64,000 bases of DNA from Squalus acanthias (lineage: Eukaryota), in the NCBI GenBank assembly GCA_030390025.1, contig CM059432.1, positions 39,310,001-39,374,000 of the forward strand. Direction: 5' to 3'. Position numbers and translations under genes: made by a program. Position 1 is the stretch's first letter. Each line of letters opens with the position of its first letter. The notes beneath the pieces were generated by a model that saw only the letters and a program-made list of their open reading frames with translations, was not told the origin of the DNA and did not search any database. Below, one piece after another: positions 51,011 through 64,000 of the stretch.

Positions 51011-51775
51011 GTATGTTCTGTCTGATAATATTTTGGTCAATTGGGAAAGATTTTTCCATTCATAAATTAAATGATAGGATTAATGGATGACTTGTTCCTG
51101 CCTATAAAATGGAAATTCCCCCTTCCCCCCTCCGCCTGCCAACTAATTACAGTACTATGGAGCAAAAACTTCAGTCTAACCAGTCAGAAAAGCATCACGT
51201 TGAACACTTTGGTGCTGAAGCACCAAATAATTCTAACTTTAAAACTGATGCAAAGGTAAAGTTAGGCCATGGCAGCCACCACACCCAAATCTACTTCTGT
51301 TCTCTCCCAATATCCATACATGCTCACTGAGGAAGCCATTATATTAGAATAAATTGTATTTTATGTCGTCCATTAAGGACATACATTGCATCAATTACAA
51401 GTTAAAACAAAGTGTAACAAAAAAGCAAAGTAATGTATTGTGAAAATGATTGGCTGTACATTTTGAAATTATGACTGATCACATCAATGCTGCATAAGTT
51501 AAAAGAGCACAGGTTCAAGGCATTCATTCATAGTCCCAGAGATATCAATCCTGTGAGCTTTTCACACTGTAATGCAACCTTCCTGCTGGTCATATTTTGT
51601 AATTACATGTAGCCTCCACTGAGCAATTCTCAAATTTGTTTTAAGTATCACAGTGCTTCATGGATAACCTCCCACCATTCCTGAATGAAACGCCTTGGTT
51701 CTTCTATTTTGTTAATATGTATAAATATATACATAAATATATATACATATATAAATATATATAAAATCAGAGTAA

Positions 51776-52480
51776 GGGGAAAAAATGGAGTCGCGCCCCC
51801 TTTGAGGCGCTAACTTTGAGTAGCGCCCCGAAAAAATTAGCGCCCCCGTGGCCGAAATTGAATGGTAGCGCCCCAAGAGGGAAGCAGGGCGCTACTGGAA
51901 GCGCCCCGCCTCCCTCTTGGGGGCGCTCCAAGGGAATATCGCGGCGCAACGTGCTGCGGTATTGCAGGCCTTCCTCCTCTTCTTAAAAGGGAGGGGCCTT
52001 GCGCAGCGCGACCCGGGGCCCAGCTGGCGCCCTGGGGATCGGGAATGCCGGCAAAAGAGCCCGGCACTCAAGAGAAGTGCCGGGCTCCTGGAGCGCAGCT
52101 GGCACTCTGCGGGGGCGCGGGTAAGGAGGCCGGGGACGGGAGCGGAGGCAGGTGCTGGCAGGTGGCCAGCAACAAAAATGGCCGCCCGGCACCTCGCCCT
52201 TTAAATAGCGCCACCCCGGCCGCAGGTAGGCCCCCCTGACCCCGTCGGACAAAGCATCCGGCGGTAAGTCAGGGGGCGCTACCGAAGATCGTGGCCGGGG
52301 CGCAAGCGGGGCACTGCGCACGGCAATGACGTCATTGCCAGCGACACTAACGGTTAGCACCACCGCTAACCTCCTGCTGAATTTCACTGGAGGTGTTGGC
52401 AGCGCCGCGCCCGGGCGCTAGTTCCTTTGCGTCCTGTTAGGGCGCTAACGGAAGGCGCAAAGCAACCGAATTTTTCCCCC
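51776..52480. mobile_element. CpG-rich Harbinger-type MITE
   Basis: GGGGAAAAAAT...AATTTTTCCCCC ends, flanks TAA/TAG, many TAGCGCCC motifs. Confidence 0.88.
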
Positions 52481-52974
52481 TAGGAGTCATAGTCATCAGT
52501 GCAAGTTGGTACTGAGAGCTGTATATTACTTGTATTTCTGTGAATCAACATCCTTAGAAGCTTGGAAATACTTCTCCTAATTCATAACCACAAGTTCCCA
52601 AAGTCAAAGAACAGGTGAAATAGCCATTCCTTTTGATATTCTTGTCTCTGTAACCAATTGAGGAAAATCATTAGGAAAATAAATGTTTGATATAAACATT
52701 TCAATAGTATAACTTTCAGCCAGGTGCTCTCTGTCTTATATCAGCCTCTTTTTAAACCATAGACCATTTTTCTGGTCCCGATACTTCCCTAATTGCTGAT
52801 TTCATTTTGCTTGGACCTTCACTAATATCTCAGTCCCCTCATCAGACTATAGCAGCAAATAGGTCTTGGCTGCTTAGTGATTGCTTTTCTTTCTACACCA
52901 CCAGAAAAATCTCTAGGCTCATTGTTAACCCTCCTCTTCCCAAAGGTTTTCTTCTCTGTCTGACAGCCTGTATA

Positions 52975-53810
52975 TCTCTGAGAATGGACAGACACATAGC
53001 AGATGCAATTTAATAAGTGTGAAGTGATGTACTTTGGGAGAAACAATATGGAGAGGCAGTATAATCTAAATGGTACTATTTTGAGCAGGGTTTAGGAACA
53101 GAGGGGGTGCATATTCACAAATTTTTGAAGGTGGCAGGGCAAGTTGATAAGGTGGTTAAGAAAGTGTATGGAATACTTGGCTATGTAAATAGGGGTATTG
53201 AATACAAAAATAAGGAAGTCATGCTAAACCTTTACAAATCTCTGGTTAGGCCTCAGCTGGAGTATTGTGTATGGCTCTGGGCACCACACTTTAGGATGTC
53301 AAGCCCTTGGAGAGGGTACAGCGGAAGTTTACCAGGATGATACCAGGGATGAGGGACCTCAGTTATAATGAGAGATTGGAGAAGCTGGGATTGTTCTCCT
53401 TACAGCAGAGAAAGTTAAGGGGAGACCTAATAGAGGTATTCAAAATTATGAGGGGTTTTGATAGAGCAAGTAGGGAGAAGCTGTTTCCTTTGGCAAGTGG
53501 GTTGGTAACCAAAGGCCACAGATTTAAAATAATTGGCAAAGGAACTAGAGGGGAAATGAGGCGACATTTTTTCACACAGAAGGTTGTTAAGATCTGAAAT
53601 GCACTACCTGAAAGTGTAGTGTAATCAGACTCCATAGGAACTTTCAAAAGGCAATTGGACATGTACTTGAAGAGGACTCATTTGCAGGGTGATGGGAAAA
53701 AGCTGGAGTATGGGAATTAATTGGACAGCTCTTTCAAAGAGCCGGCACAGACATGATGGACCAAATGGCCTCCTTCTCTGCTGTAACATTCTATATGATT
53801 CTATTATTCT
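52975..53810 (+). mobile_element. CR1 3' fragment
   Basis: LVRPQLEYCV, LRGDLIEVFK, FFTQKVV; TTCTAT tail. Confidence 0.93.
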
Positions 53811-53814
53811 AAAA

Positions 53815-54300
53815 TGAGGCGCTAGAAGGGGAAATTCTTCTCTTATATCCTCAAGGAAATTATGTTTGTGATCTTGAAAGAAATTCCCTAGCTTCCCAAT
53901 TTCCTTCTTTGGCATTTTCATTAGTTTGTCACGATAGAAATTGCTGCATTTATTCCAAAGTGGAATAGATGTGAATAGGTTATCTGTCTAATCTTCACTG
54001 GACGAGTCCGCAAATCCTCCGAAACTAAATTAATCAGTCTGTCCTTGGATAGAAGAACTCCAAATAGAACCATTCCTTCAACTATTTCTTGCTACTCCAG
54101 CACGCTCCAAGATAACTTCAAAGCTGGGAGATGTGCCTATATAGACAAGTGCCAGAACTGAAAAGTCCACTCCCATAATGGGTTCAAGTGGCCCAATTGC
54201 TCCCTCTCCGTATGGCATTATAACTTGTTTAGAAGCAGCTTAGGTGTTTTTCTCCCAGTAGCTCAATTTTGCAATGATATGGATTAGCTGAGTCCTAAAC
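53815..54300 (-). mobile_element. Possible ancient L1/Tx1-clade ORF2 C-terminal remnant
   Basis: SIPLWNK...EIGKLGNFF...FLEDIREEFPLLAPHF resembles the PLWNN..GI..L.DLF..F..L..F.L..HFF pattern of fish L1 ORF2; heavily decayed. Confidence 0.4.
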
Positions 54301-54762
54301 TATTTTTCCACAGCAATCACACGCAGGATGATTGAACATGATCTCTCAGTGTTTACACTTGCAGCTGCCTGGATGAAGAATCCCAACACATTGTGCATTA
54401 CACCGTGCAATTGCCATCTTTTCCCATCTTCTGATCTTAGAAATAGGGAAATGATTAAACGCTGGTTATCTATTGAGACATATTGTAAGTACAGCACATT
54501 ACTTTGGTTTATTTGAGCATTTTATGTATTTAATGATATGAGATAGATTATGTGGGCTGGCCAAGTTATCTAAATTTGAAACCTGACAATATACTTTTAT
54601 TTCCACACTACTGTATCAATAAGTAAGAGGAGGAAACAGGAAATGTTACATAAACATAGCAAAACAAAACACAACTAAATATGTGTACTGAGCTATTATT
54701 TACTGTAAAAGAACAGCATGAGCTACTTACTCTGGCCTATTTTGAAGCATCTGCAAATTCAG

Positions 54763-55313
54763 TGGGGGAGAACTTGAGACCTCCCACCCATCAGAAACAG
54801 GGAAGTAGTGCCCCGAAAATGTTGGGGCATGACTTACCGCCTTTTTCCTGCCGTCGCTGTGGCTGCCGCAGTCTTCCCCCGGGCCGAACACTGGGTCGGA
54901 TCTATATATAGGGCCCTGTTTGCCATTTTAGGACAGTACTGGGTGGAGCGTGCACTGCACATGCTCCATCCAGTATCAGCTGGCAGCCCACCTGGAGAAG
55001 CCCGAAGGTACATTGTACTGTATTTTTGTGGGACCAGGAGGAGCAGGAGTCCTCCTCCAGGCTCCAAAATACTAGCCCAGGCCAGTGTCACACTGCGTTC
55101 CCTCCAAGATCAAACGCCATCCGCCCATATGGCCCATGTTGCCAGCTCGGAAGCCGGCCAGGCCACGGATATTGCCAGCAACCTGCTGGTTGAATACTAA
55201 TGAGGCCTGGCCTTCAAAATGGACCGGGCCTACCGCCATGACTATCAGGCGGCTGGTGGACGGGCTTCTCCGGCTCGCCACCCGAAGTCCAGCACTGGGG
55301 AAAAATCGACCCC
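54763..55313. mobile_element. MITE-like element
   Basis: GGGGGAGAACTT...GAAAAATCGACCCC ends; GC-rich; GACCAGGAGGAGCAGGAGT-like motif also seen inverted near 47760. Confidence 0.6.
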
Positions 55314-55869
55314 AATATTTGGAGATGGGAGTCTGAAATATAAGTGAATTACTCCACATAGCTCAGGGGCTTAATTTCAAATCAACTGTAAACTTACAAA
55401 GAAAACCACATAGCTAATAATGCTTAAGTTGTGGATAGACACGGAGAATAGCATTGCAATGATGAGTTCTTTGAAGCCTGACTAAAAAAAAGTAATGCAA
55501 AACATGTTTGTTTTCCTAAATGAAGAGTCCATCAATCATCAGAGGATTATACTGCGTGTGTTGAATCCCAGGAGCTGAGACCAGTACTTAGTTGTGTTAA
55601 TATCAGTAGAATATGTGGACAGTCCTTTGGCTTTTGTTCAGAAACCATTTTTGAATGTTGGCTTCTTACAAATGTCCATATAGAAGGTTTGCTCACTCAG
55701 AGTGAATAAGGTTTCTCAGAGGATGCTTATTGCACAATGACAGTGCACTTTGTCCTGGAGATCACCGGGTTTGATAGGATATTATTTACCAATTTACTTC
55801 TTTGCTTTTATTTTCATCCATGTTGCTATTCATTACAATGTGAGATAGACAATGAGCATTTGGAGGTTA

Positions 55870-56110
55870 TGGGGTGGGGATGGGTCATTGCAGCCAAGCC
55901 TGATCCTGCCTTCACCTGATGTCCATATCTGCACCCCAAGTGCAGGACACATGGCTAATATTTCCCCTTTCTACTCGGAGAATGCTATGGCCAGTTATAA
56001 GATTCCCACCAATGCCATGGTTGAGGTCAGCTAACTCAACGCAGAAAAGGGATTGAACCTGGAGCCTTCCTAGCCTGCATGGCTCAGTCTATCAGACCTC
56101 ATAGTGTATT
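55870..56110 (-). mobile_element. Degraded tRNA-derived SINE (same family as 49470)
   Basis: GGGATTGAACCTGG (B box on -), TCAGCTAACTCA, CCTGATCCTGCCTTCACCTGATGTCC. Confidence 0.6.
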
Positions 56111-56239
56111 AAATACTGAACAATTGAAGTAATCCTGGTAAACCAAACCAGGGTGTCTGCCAAGAGTTCGTGCTGGGTAGGGGCATGATAAAAAGATTTA
56201 CAGATGATACAAAAATAGGAAGTCACTGTAAGTTAACTT

Positions 56240-56510
56240 GACACCATCCAGAACAAAGCAATCCATTTGATTGACATCTCTGCCACTGGACTCAGTATCA
56301 AACTCCTTCACCATCCTTATTTGTTCAGATATCACCGTTCCTTAATTTTCACTGGGTCAGAATCCTGGAATTCCCAGCCTAACACCACTATGGAAGCACC
56401 ATCACCACAAGGACTGCAGCAGTTCAAGATGAAGGTCCACCATTACCTTCACAGGGCCACTAGGCATGGGCAATAAATCTGGCTGTGCCAGTGTCACCCA
56501 CTCCTGTGAA
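56240..56510 (+). mobile_element. Degraded family B LINE 3' end
   Basis: GSESWNSQPN...QQFKMKVHHYL, GGGCAATAAAT. Confidence 0.8.
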
Positions 56511-56663
56511 CACTCCTGTAATAAAATGGTAAGAGGGCAAGTTAATAAAACAGTAAAAAAAATAGTAAATGGGTCCTTGGTTTTGTAAATGAGGCATAGA
56601 ATACAAAAAACAAAAGGTCATAATAAATCTATATAACTTACTGATTAGACCAGTTAGAATAAT

Positions 56664-58675
56664 GGGGCAGAATCTGCGGTCGGTATAATCTCAATTTTGT
56701 AGTGTTGAGTGGCCAATCAGTGATCCTTAAAGGGACCACTGCAAGCCGCTCTGAAAATGGCGAAAGAAGGCTGTGACACTGATTTTTTTGGGTCAAGAAA
56801 TCTTCCCACTCGCTGCTGGCCCCTCCGTGCTCCACCCTTAAGGACCTACTTTCAGCTGGGTTCTGTGGCGGAGCGCCAGATAACCTGTTCTTCCTCCAGC
56901 ACACCCCCACCTAATCAGCAAGTCGCCTGTCAGTGCTCCTTCAGCACTGGCAGCTCCTCAAAAGTATTCCAATGCGCCCCGACCATGAAAATGGTTCTGA
57001 CCTTTCACTGGTGGTATCAGGCGGACAGTGCCATCGCTTTGCCACTACCCGCCCAATGTGCACCCAAAATGAAAATTGGCCCCGATATCTCTTTCAAGGA
57101 GCCAATGCAAGTGCAATGGACCAGATGTAACATTCTATGATTCTGGCCTCTGTAAATGTATTGAAGATATTGAAATTTAAATTTATGCAAGTTACTAAAA
57201 GAAATAGGACAATTGGATACCCTGCACAGCTTCCATTCCACATTGTACATTACTTTGGTTTAGTTTGGAGTCTTTTCATCAGAGCCTTTTGAACATGACT
57301 TTCTTTGAGATTCAGGCCTCGATTTTAACCATGCCCACCCAGTGGAACAGTGCAAATGGGTGGGGGCGGGGGGGGGGGGGGGGGTTAAAATGATGGCTGG
57401 GCAGAACCTTCCTTTTAACTCCTGGATTTTTGGGAGCGTGGAGTCTACAGGGGGCCTCATTAATATTGAAATTTTGGGGTTCAATGATGTGATTCGGACT
57501 CCGGTATTATTTTAACTCTGAAATATGCAACTGACTTTGCCGTGGTCTGTTTCTGTGGGCCCCCAACGGCGACCTGCAGCTGTGTGATTTCCTCCCACCT
57601 ACATCATTCCTGCTTGCTGCGGGTGGGAGTCAGTGAGGGGGGGATTTAAATAAAGCCAGGGGCTTAAAATCACCTGGGCCTCATACTTCGGGGGGGGTGG
57701 GATGGATCACTGACACCCAGCTGAAGTCGGCAGGGATGACGTAGTGGCCTACTTTATCTCCCGCACCCCCGATTCCCACCTCAAGTGTAAACCAGGCCTA
57801 AGGCTTTTGCCATTTGCATGTTTCCCCCCTCAGTTGTTATTTTATTGTTATTACAATGGCTCGGATTTTACAGGGCCTATGACAGCAAGCGTACGCGGTC
57901 GTAAGTGCCCCGGAAGTTCCAGGTTTCCGCATGCGATGCGCATAGGCCAAAACCTGGAACTTGCGATCTGTCAGGATTCTGCTTGACAGATCGTACGGAT
58001 CCACAGGAAATGGACATTCGCTGGTGCACTGCTCAGCGAATACCCACCAAACCCTTATGCCTGGTAAAAGCAAGCGTAAGGCCTTCTTTAACCATCGTAA
58101 GGGTTTAAATAAATATTAAAATAACATTTTTTAAATGGCTTAAACATTCAAAAACCTTTAAAATTAGTTTAGGTGTTTTTTGCCCTTTTAAAAATGTTTA
58201 CATTTACTTTTTCTAAAAAGTTAAATTTTGTTTTAAATGGTTAATTAAATTGTATTTTAATAATATTTGAACGTGATGATTTATTTTTATTTAAGTGCTG
58301 TGAAAGTGTGTTTTTCAGAAAAAAAATGCAACTCTGTTCATTTCTGTCATATAACTCCTGAGGGAAGATTTTCCTTTTCCATGCACCTGGGAAATATTCA
58401 ACTCCCAGTTGCAATGAAGAGAAAAAAAGGAACAGGGATTCGTTATGTCAGGTGTCTGGCCCTGTTTTGCTATGCATGGATTTCCTTGGCACTCCCAATG
58501 AGCTAGGTCTGCCATTTAAATGAGGTCAACAGGGACAGTTCAGCCTCCGCCTCACTTTCCTCCTTGTCTGACCATTGGGCAGCCCAGGGGAGGATTGCCC
58601 AAAGAAACCTCTGGAGTTCAGGTTTGCACCATAACCCTAGTAAAATGGAGGGTATCCAGGTTCCTGGGGGCAGTC
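56664..58675. mobile_element. Cluster of MITE-like elements (~56664-57083, 57315-57798, 57858 up to the gap)
   Basis: Ends GGGGCAGAAT/AATTGGCCCC, GGCCTCGATTTTA/TAAACCAGGCC and GGCTCGGATTTTA; GC-rich interiors; boundaries approximate. Confidence 0.55.
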
Positions 58676-59175
58676 NNNNNNNNNNNNNNNNNNNNNNNNN
58701 NNNNNNNNNNNNNNNNNNNNNNNNNNNNNNNNNNNNNNNNNNNNNNNNNNNNNNNNNNNNNNNNNNNNNNNNNNNNNNNNNNNNNNNNNNNNNNNNNNNN
58801 NNNNNNNNNNNNNNNNNNNNNNNNNNNNNNNNNNNNNNNNNNNNNNNNNNNNNNNNNNNNNNNNNNNNNNNNNNNNNNNNNNNNNNNNNNNNNNNNNNNN
58901 NNNNNNNNNNNNNNNNNNNNNNNNNNNNNNNNNNNNNNNNNNNNNNNNNNNNNNNNNNNNNNNNNNNNNNNNNNNNNNNNNNNNNNNNNNNNNNNNNNNN
59001 NNNNNNNNNNNNNNNNNNNNNNNNNNNNNNNNNNNNNNNNNNNNNNNNNNNNNNNNNNNNNNNNNNNNNNNNNNNNNNNNNNNNNNNNNNNNNNNNNNNN
59101 NNNNNNNNNNNNNNNNNNNNNNNNNNNNNNNNNNNNNNNNNNNNNNNNNNNNNNNNNNNNNNNNNNNNNNNNNNN
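58676..59175. other. Assembly gap (500 N) followed by (CA)n/poly-C
   Basis: Run of N. Confidence 1.
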
Positions 59176-61084
59176 ACACACACACCCCTCCCCCCCCCCC
59201 CACCCCACACACACACACACCCATCCAGAATAAGTTTCAGGCCTCGGGGCCTTCTGGCTGTTGCTCTCCAGCAGCAGTCAGAAAGCCCCAGTGCTAGTCG
59301 TGAAGTTGCAAGCTAATCAGACCTGCTGCTCCACGCCTGTTTCTGCTCCATGATCTCCGCACAAGGTCCTGTCAGGGAGCCAGAATGCACCAGACAGGGC
59401 ACCCAGACTCTGCCAATGGCCAGGGACCGGAAAATAGCATGCATCTCTCGTCTCACAGGCACAGTGTACCTGAGATGCAGACACCAAAAGAGGAACATCT
59501 ACCATCTAAATACAATAAAAATGTTTTCTAAGATTACTTAGCCCAGTACCTTCATCGTACCAACCATTTGTACCTGATTAATGAAAATCCTTGTAAATGC
59601 TATGGTTTACATTTAAAAACACCATCCCAAAAAATGTCGATTTTGAAAGTATGTTACTTTCCACCTCGATATGAAATTGACTTGTTAGTGTTGGTCGCCA
59701 GACATACCTACTATATGTTAAGTGCTTTGTTGACTCAACCTAGAAGGCCATAGGGTTGCTGCTTTAAAACATCAAGGTTATCATTCACTTTGACTTGCAT
59801 AATGTGACTTACTGGGATGAAAGCCTCCTGATCAAGCAATGCATAGGTCTGAAACAAGAGAAGAGCCTGTTGATGAATGTTTCATCACCGAACTTTATTA
59901 AAACAAGTTATTAGTGCTGTTTCCCATGCAGTTAGACACAGATGAAATGCAGATCTTCACAAATGCATTTTTGTTCAAATTCCTAACATCTCTGTTTACA
60001 AAAAAAAGTGAAGTGCCTTTCAGTGGTATTTGTCACAGAGCTCTGGCAGCCAACAAAGCGCACTGTCAACTACCTAAGGTTTCACTTCCTAATTAACTTT
60101 TCTAGAAGCACAATAACTGTCTAAAACACACAGTTCTCACGTTTAAAGCTCTGTCATTCCACTCTATTCAGAAGGAGTCACATTAATACCCCCACTTATA
60201 AACAACAAAGCATTAGAATAGTAAGTGCACAATCCAAAACATGGACTGGGTAATCGGAGACTGCTTACAACTTGGCAGAAAATTCCCTTTTTAACTTTCT
60301 TTCAGAGCTTGTTAGTGTTTTGAGGATTGGCCGTGTTTAAGTCAGGCTGAAGAAAATAGTTTAAACAGTATCAACTTTTTCATAAAAGGTGACTTACAAA
60401 AAAACTCCAGAAATCATAGAAGTTCAAACTTGACAGGCAATGGAATATACTTTTATAAGATTTTGTTTATTTCCTCTTCCATTTGAAAATTAATACATCA
60501 AAAGGAAAAGGACTATGAGCCTGGAAAAACTGAATCAACAGACTGTCAAAACCATTTAGGGACTGCCTACTTAAAAGCATACAGCTAAGAATGATTTATC
60601 ATGTAGACCAACCCCCATGACCTCATTCTAAATCGTCTGTGTTTCAAAGGAAAAGATAACACAATTAGTTATCCTATCTACTTATTGTTTGTTAATTATA
60701 TATCTATATATAATGAATGTGCGTGTGTGTAAGTAAAATATATATAAAATATATATTTGCAATTTTCTTGTAATTGCCATTTTTCCATGCAGCTGTGCAA
60801 CTGTAATGATGTCACTTTTTAAATTGGCTTTCTTTATTTTCAAAGGATCCTTATAAACAAGCTCATCTCATATTGTTACCGAATGTGTTGCAAATAAAAT
60901 TCACCGGGAATAATTTGAAAACATTTTGACCTAGAAAATCACATTTCACTGCTCCCTTCACACTCTTCAGCTGCTAGTTTATTTCCTTGTACGCTTAGGG
61001 ATTGGAATTATACTGTGTGAAGAAGAGTATGAACACTTAACATGATTAATAATGGACAAAGGAATTTAATTCAAAGTAAAAAAG

Positions 61085-61400
61085 AAGGCCACTCAGCCCC
61101 TCGAGCCTGTTCTGCCATTCAATTAGAAGATGGTTGATCTGTACCTCAACTCTATTTATCTGACTTTGATCCATATCCCTTGATACTCTTACCTAGGAAA
61201 AATGTGTCAATTACAGTCTTGAATATTTCAATTGACCTAGCACCTTTTGGGGAGAGAATTCCAGGTTTCCACTACCCTTTGTGTGAAGAAATGCTTCCTG
61301 ATTTCACTCCTGAATGGCCTAGCTCTAATTTTAAGATTGTGCCTCTTTGTTCTCCCACCAAAGTAAGTAGTTTTTCTGTATCTACACTAGCGAATCCAAA
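61085..61400 (-). mobile_element. Degraded CR1 3' tail
   Basis: GGCCACTCAGCCCCTCGAGCCTG...CATATCCCTTGAT; similar to 8085-8300. Confidence 0.8.
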
Positions 61401-63231
61401 TTTATATGGTTGTACTCATCATTTCATACAAACTCATTGAATGCTTATACATTAGCATTCACACAGCATAATCTCAAAGACCTGGTCTCTTTATATTTCT
61501 AAGTATGTATTTAACAGCTCTCCTTACATTGCTATACACTTCCATTTTGTTTGAGTGTAAATGTTTCTCCTGTCTTTCCCTGTTTACAGGAATAGCCATT
61601 GGTTTTCCACAAAATTTCACAGCCAGTTTTTTTGTGCTGCCTTGAATGGGAAGAGTTAAATGTTGATGGTAAACGAGAAACACTTTGACAGTTTTGTAGC
61701 AAATGTTGTCTATGCTATGTTGTCATCACATTCTTAAATGTCCATGTTCAAAAGTGTAAATTTGCCATTTATATTAAAGAAAAATGTCAAAAATGAGAGC
61801 CTTATTATTAATCTGAATGTACATGTGCATAAAGTAGTAAAGAGGTGAAAAAGTTCACTGTTAAAGATGTGTCTCCTTTGTACGATGCAGACTGTGTAAA
61901 GTTCAAACAAGCATAGCTATGCGTTGAATGAATTTCACTGACTACCACCCAGGTCATACAGAACACCCAGACAGGAATTCCACAAAGGCTTATCACAATC
62001 AAATCTACTTAGCGTATGAAGGAGAATGGTCATCTTTGCAAAGACTAGGCTCTTGCCAGTAGCCAGGATTAGTGCTTACTGCCAAAATTTTGAGGAAAAG
62101 TAACTACAATAGTATTTACTAACAGACCATCCAGAATGTCTGAAACGAGGAAATCCAAGAGCAAAAGTGAAAACAGATCCTGGAAATAGGTTCCAGTTTT
62201 GAGTTTGATCTATTTAGTAGTCGGAGGAATAATCAGTCAAGTGTAACTGCTGGTCAGTCCTGATTGGCTCTTTGTAACCCAGCCACTGTTTTCACAGTAG
62301 AAAAAGCAATGACACTAATGACCATTAATCCAGCCGCAGGCACAAAGGCACCCACAGCTGTCAGGTAGCTTTAATAGAAGATAGCATTAAAGAATCAAAC
62401 TTGCATTCATTCTACAAACATTTTAACGTGACTTCAATACAAACAAGTATTTTTATTAAGTTGAGAAACCAAGGTGAAAGGCCAGGACCCATAGTGCTGA
62501 ACACCACCTAAGTTATAAAGACTAAACAAGAAGATAGGGTAATTCAGGAAGCAGTGGTTAGGTGACAATTATGAATCTACGACAGCAAGCTAAGGAAATC
62601 ATACGCTATTTTACACAATATGCTAATTAGATAGAAGCAATTACTACATTATTTGCATACGTTGACATTGCCATTTAATACCAATAATTGGAGTAACCTT
62701 AACAGTTACCCCGTGAACATAACCCAAGTCTTTTATAGGCTCTTGCATTACTGCATTGTAAACCTAAATGCAGTTCACTGCCCCAATATAAGAGCTAACA
62801 GATCATCACACAGAATTTTAGTTACTGGTTTAGTACAAACTAGCCTATTCAGAATTTGTAACCAAGTTAAACTGCATTTTTTAAAATTTGCTTACATTTG
62901 TGAAATATAGATATAGCTGATTGATTACTTATTATAAAGCTAAACCACATTTAATAAAATTAAAATGCACAAAAGCTTTCAAAATTCTTTTAGGATCAGT
63001 CTTTCAATCAATCTGTGTCCCTGTAGATTTAAAAAAAGACAAAAGAGAGACTAGTATTTTTGCTATGTTTATCTTGTCAGATTTACATTTATTCTTTAGT
63101 AGCTTACATATGTAATGGGTGATTTTATTGCACAGCTTTTTAAAAGAAATAAATGAAGTATGATTGTTTTTTTAAGTTAGGTGTCAGCATGTTTTCTTTC
63201 TGCAGAGGGTGATCGACCTTTGGAACACATT

Positions 63232-64000
63232 GGCCCAGAAATTGATCTCGCTCTGTTCCCGCGGGGGTAAGGCTTCCCCGCGATCTCTCACTCCGCGTGT
63301 GCTTTTTCAGATCCAGCTCGCACGAACTTGATGTTCCAGACATCAGCTGGGCAGTGCTTGCGTATCCCACCGGCGTAGTGAATTCGTGCGAGCTGTGGGA
63401 TCACGTGACTCAGTTAGAGCCAATGGCAGCACACCATCTTCCATTCATAAGTTTCACATACGTGCTGTGAAATCTATGAATCTTACACCCCCCCAAAATA
63501 ACAGCTAAACCTCAATTAAATTTAAAAAAAACATCACATTAATAAAATAAGTATAGTTAAATAAATTAACCATTTTAAATAAAAAATTAAATTTTTGAAA
63601 AAATTTAAAATCTTTTAAAAAGTTATAAAAATAAACTTACCTGTCTTTAAAGTCTCTAAAAAAGATATACCTGTTAAAAAAAATTCAAAAAAATACTTAA
63701 TTCACTACTTACCTTGTTAAAAGTGGGTCTTACTCCTCCTTTTTCCATTTCTAAAATCTTCCGTACTTACCTGCGCGTCCAAAGCACTAAGTGCACAGCA
63801 AGCATTCAAAAGGGAGCTGGACAGGTACCTGGCTATAGCTGGTATCACAGTGTACAAAAAGTATGTGGCATACTGGGCAATGTGTCTCATGGCCACTCTG
63901 GTCTCCTGAAACTGGTTTTGATCATCTTCAGGGGTCAGAGAGCAAATTTCCAGAATTGTTTTTTCCAGAAATGGCCTAGGGTTTTTTTGCCTCTCCTAGG
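63232..64000. mobile_element. MITE-like left part (GGCCCAGAAATT start) followed by a LINE-like 3' fragment from ~63790
   Basis: TIR-like start resembling the Harbinger end; GCATTCAAAAGGGAGCTGGACAGGTACCTG (AFKRELDRYL). Confidence 0.5.

Noticed and set aside
53950..53990. TDNLFTSIPL on the minus strand as a piggyBac DNxFTS catalytic motif
   Set aside because: No other piggyBac motifs nearby; the downstream sequence fits an L1-type ORF2 pattern better.
58503..59316. ORFs of 195-250 aa
   Set aside because: Artefacts of translating the N gap.

Overview
Repeat-dominated vertebrate DNA, most likely from a cartilaginous fish (inferred from the mix of CR1 LINEs, a Deu-domain SacSINE1-like SINE, Penelope tails and Harbinger MITEs). 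I could not recognise any host protein-coding exon. 1-7.7 kb is a C-rich ~29-bp satellite, split by a CR1 3' fragment, that fades into a MITE-like end. 14.5-34.1 kb looks like one PIF/Harbinger transposon (HARBI1-like transposase on +, three-exon Myb/SANT gene on -) stretched to ~19.6 kb by nested insertions: three large CR1s, a second LINE family, MITEs and Penelope pieces. The rest holds RTE, L2, CR1 and probable L1 fragments, SINEs, many 3-bp-TSD MITEs, AT-rich unique DNA and a 500-N gap. Most interesting: (i) two inverted MITEs bracketing a ~230-bp copy of DNA from 20 kb downstream, with a 21-bp micro-inversion; (ii) a 302-bp Penelope-type insertion with an intact minimal hammerhead ribozyme core in each inverted arm; (iii) a CR1 5' end built from 302-bp monomers that each end in a TATA-like box; (iv) a UUUAAAC-type slippery site at CR1 ORF1 stops. 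All family names come from recalled motifs, not database searches.
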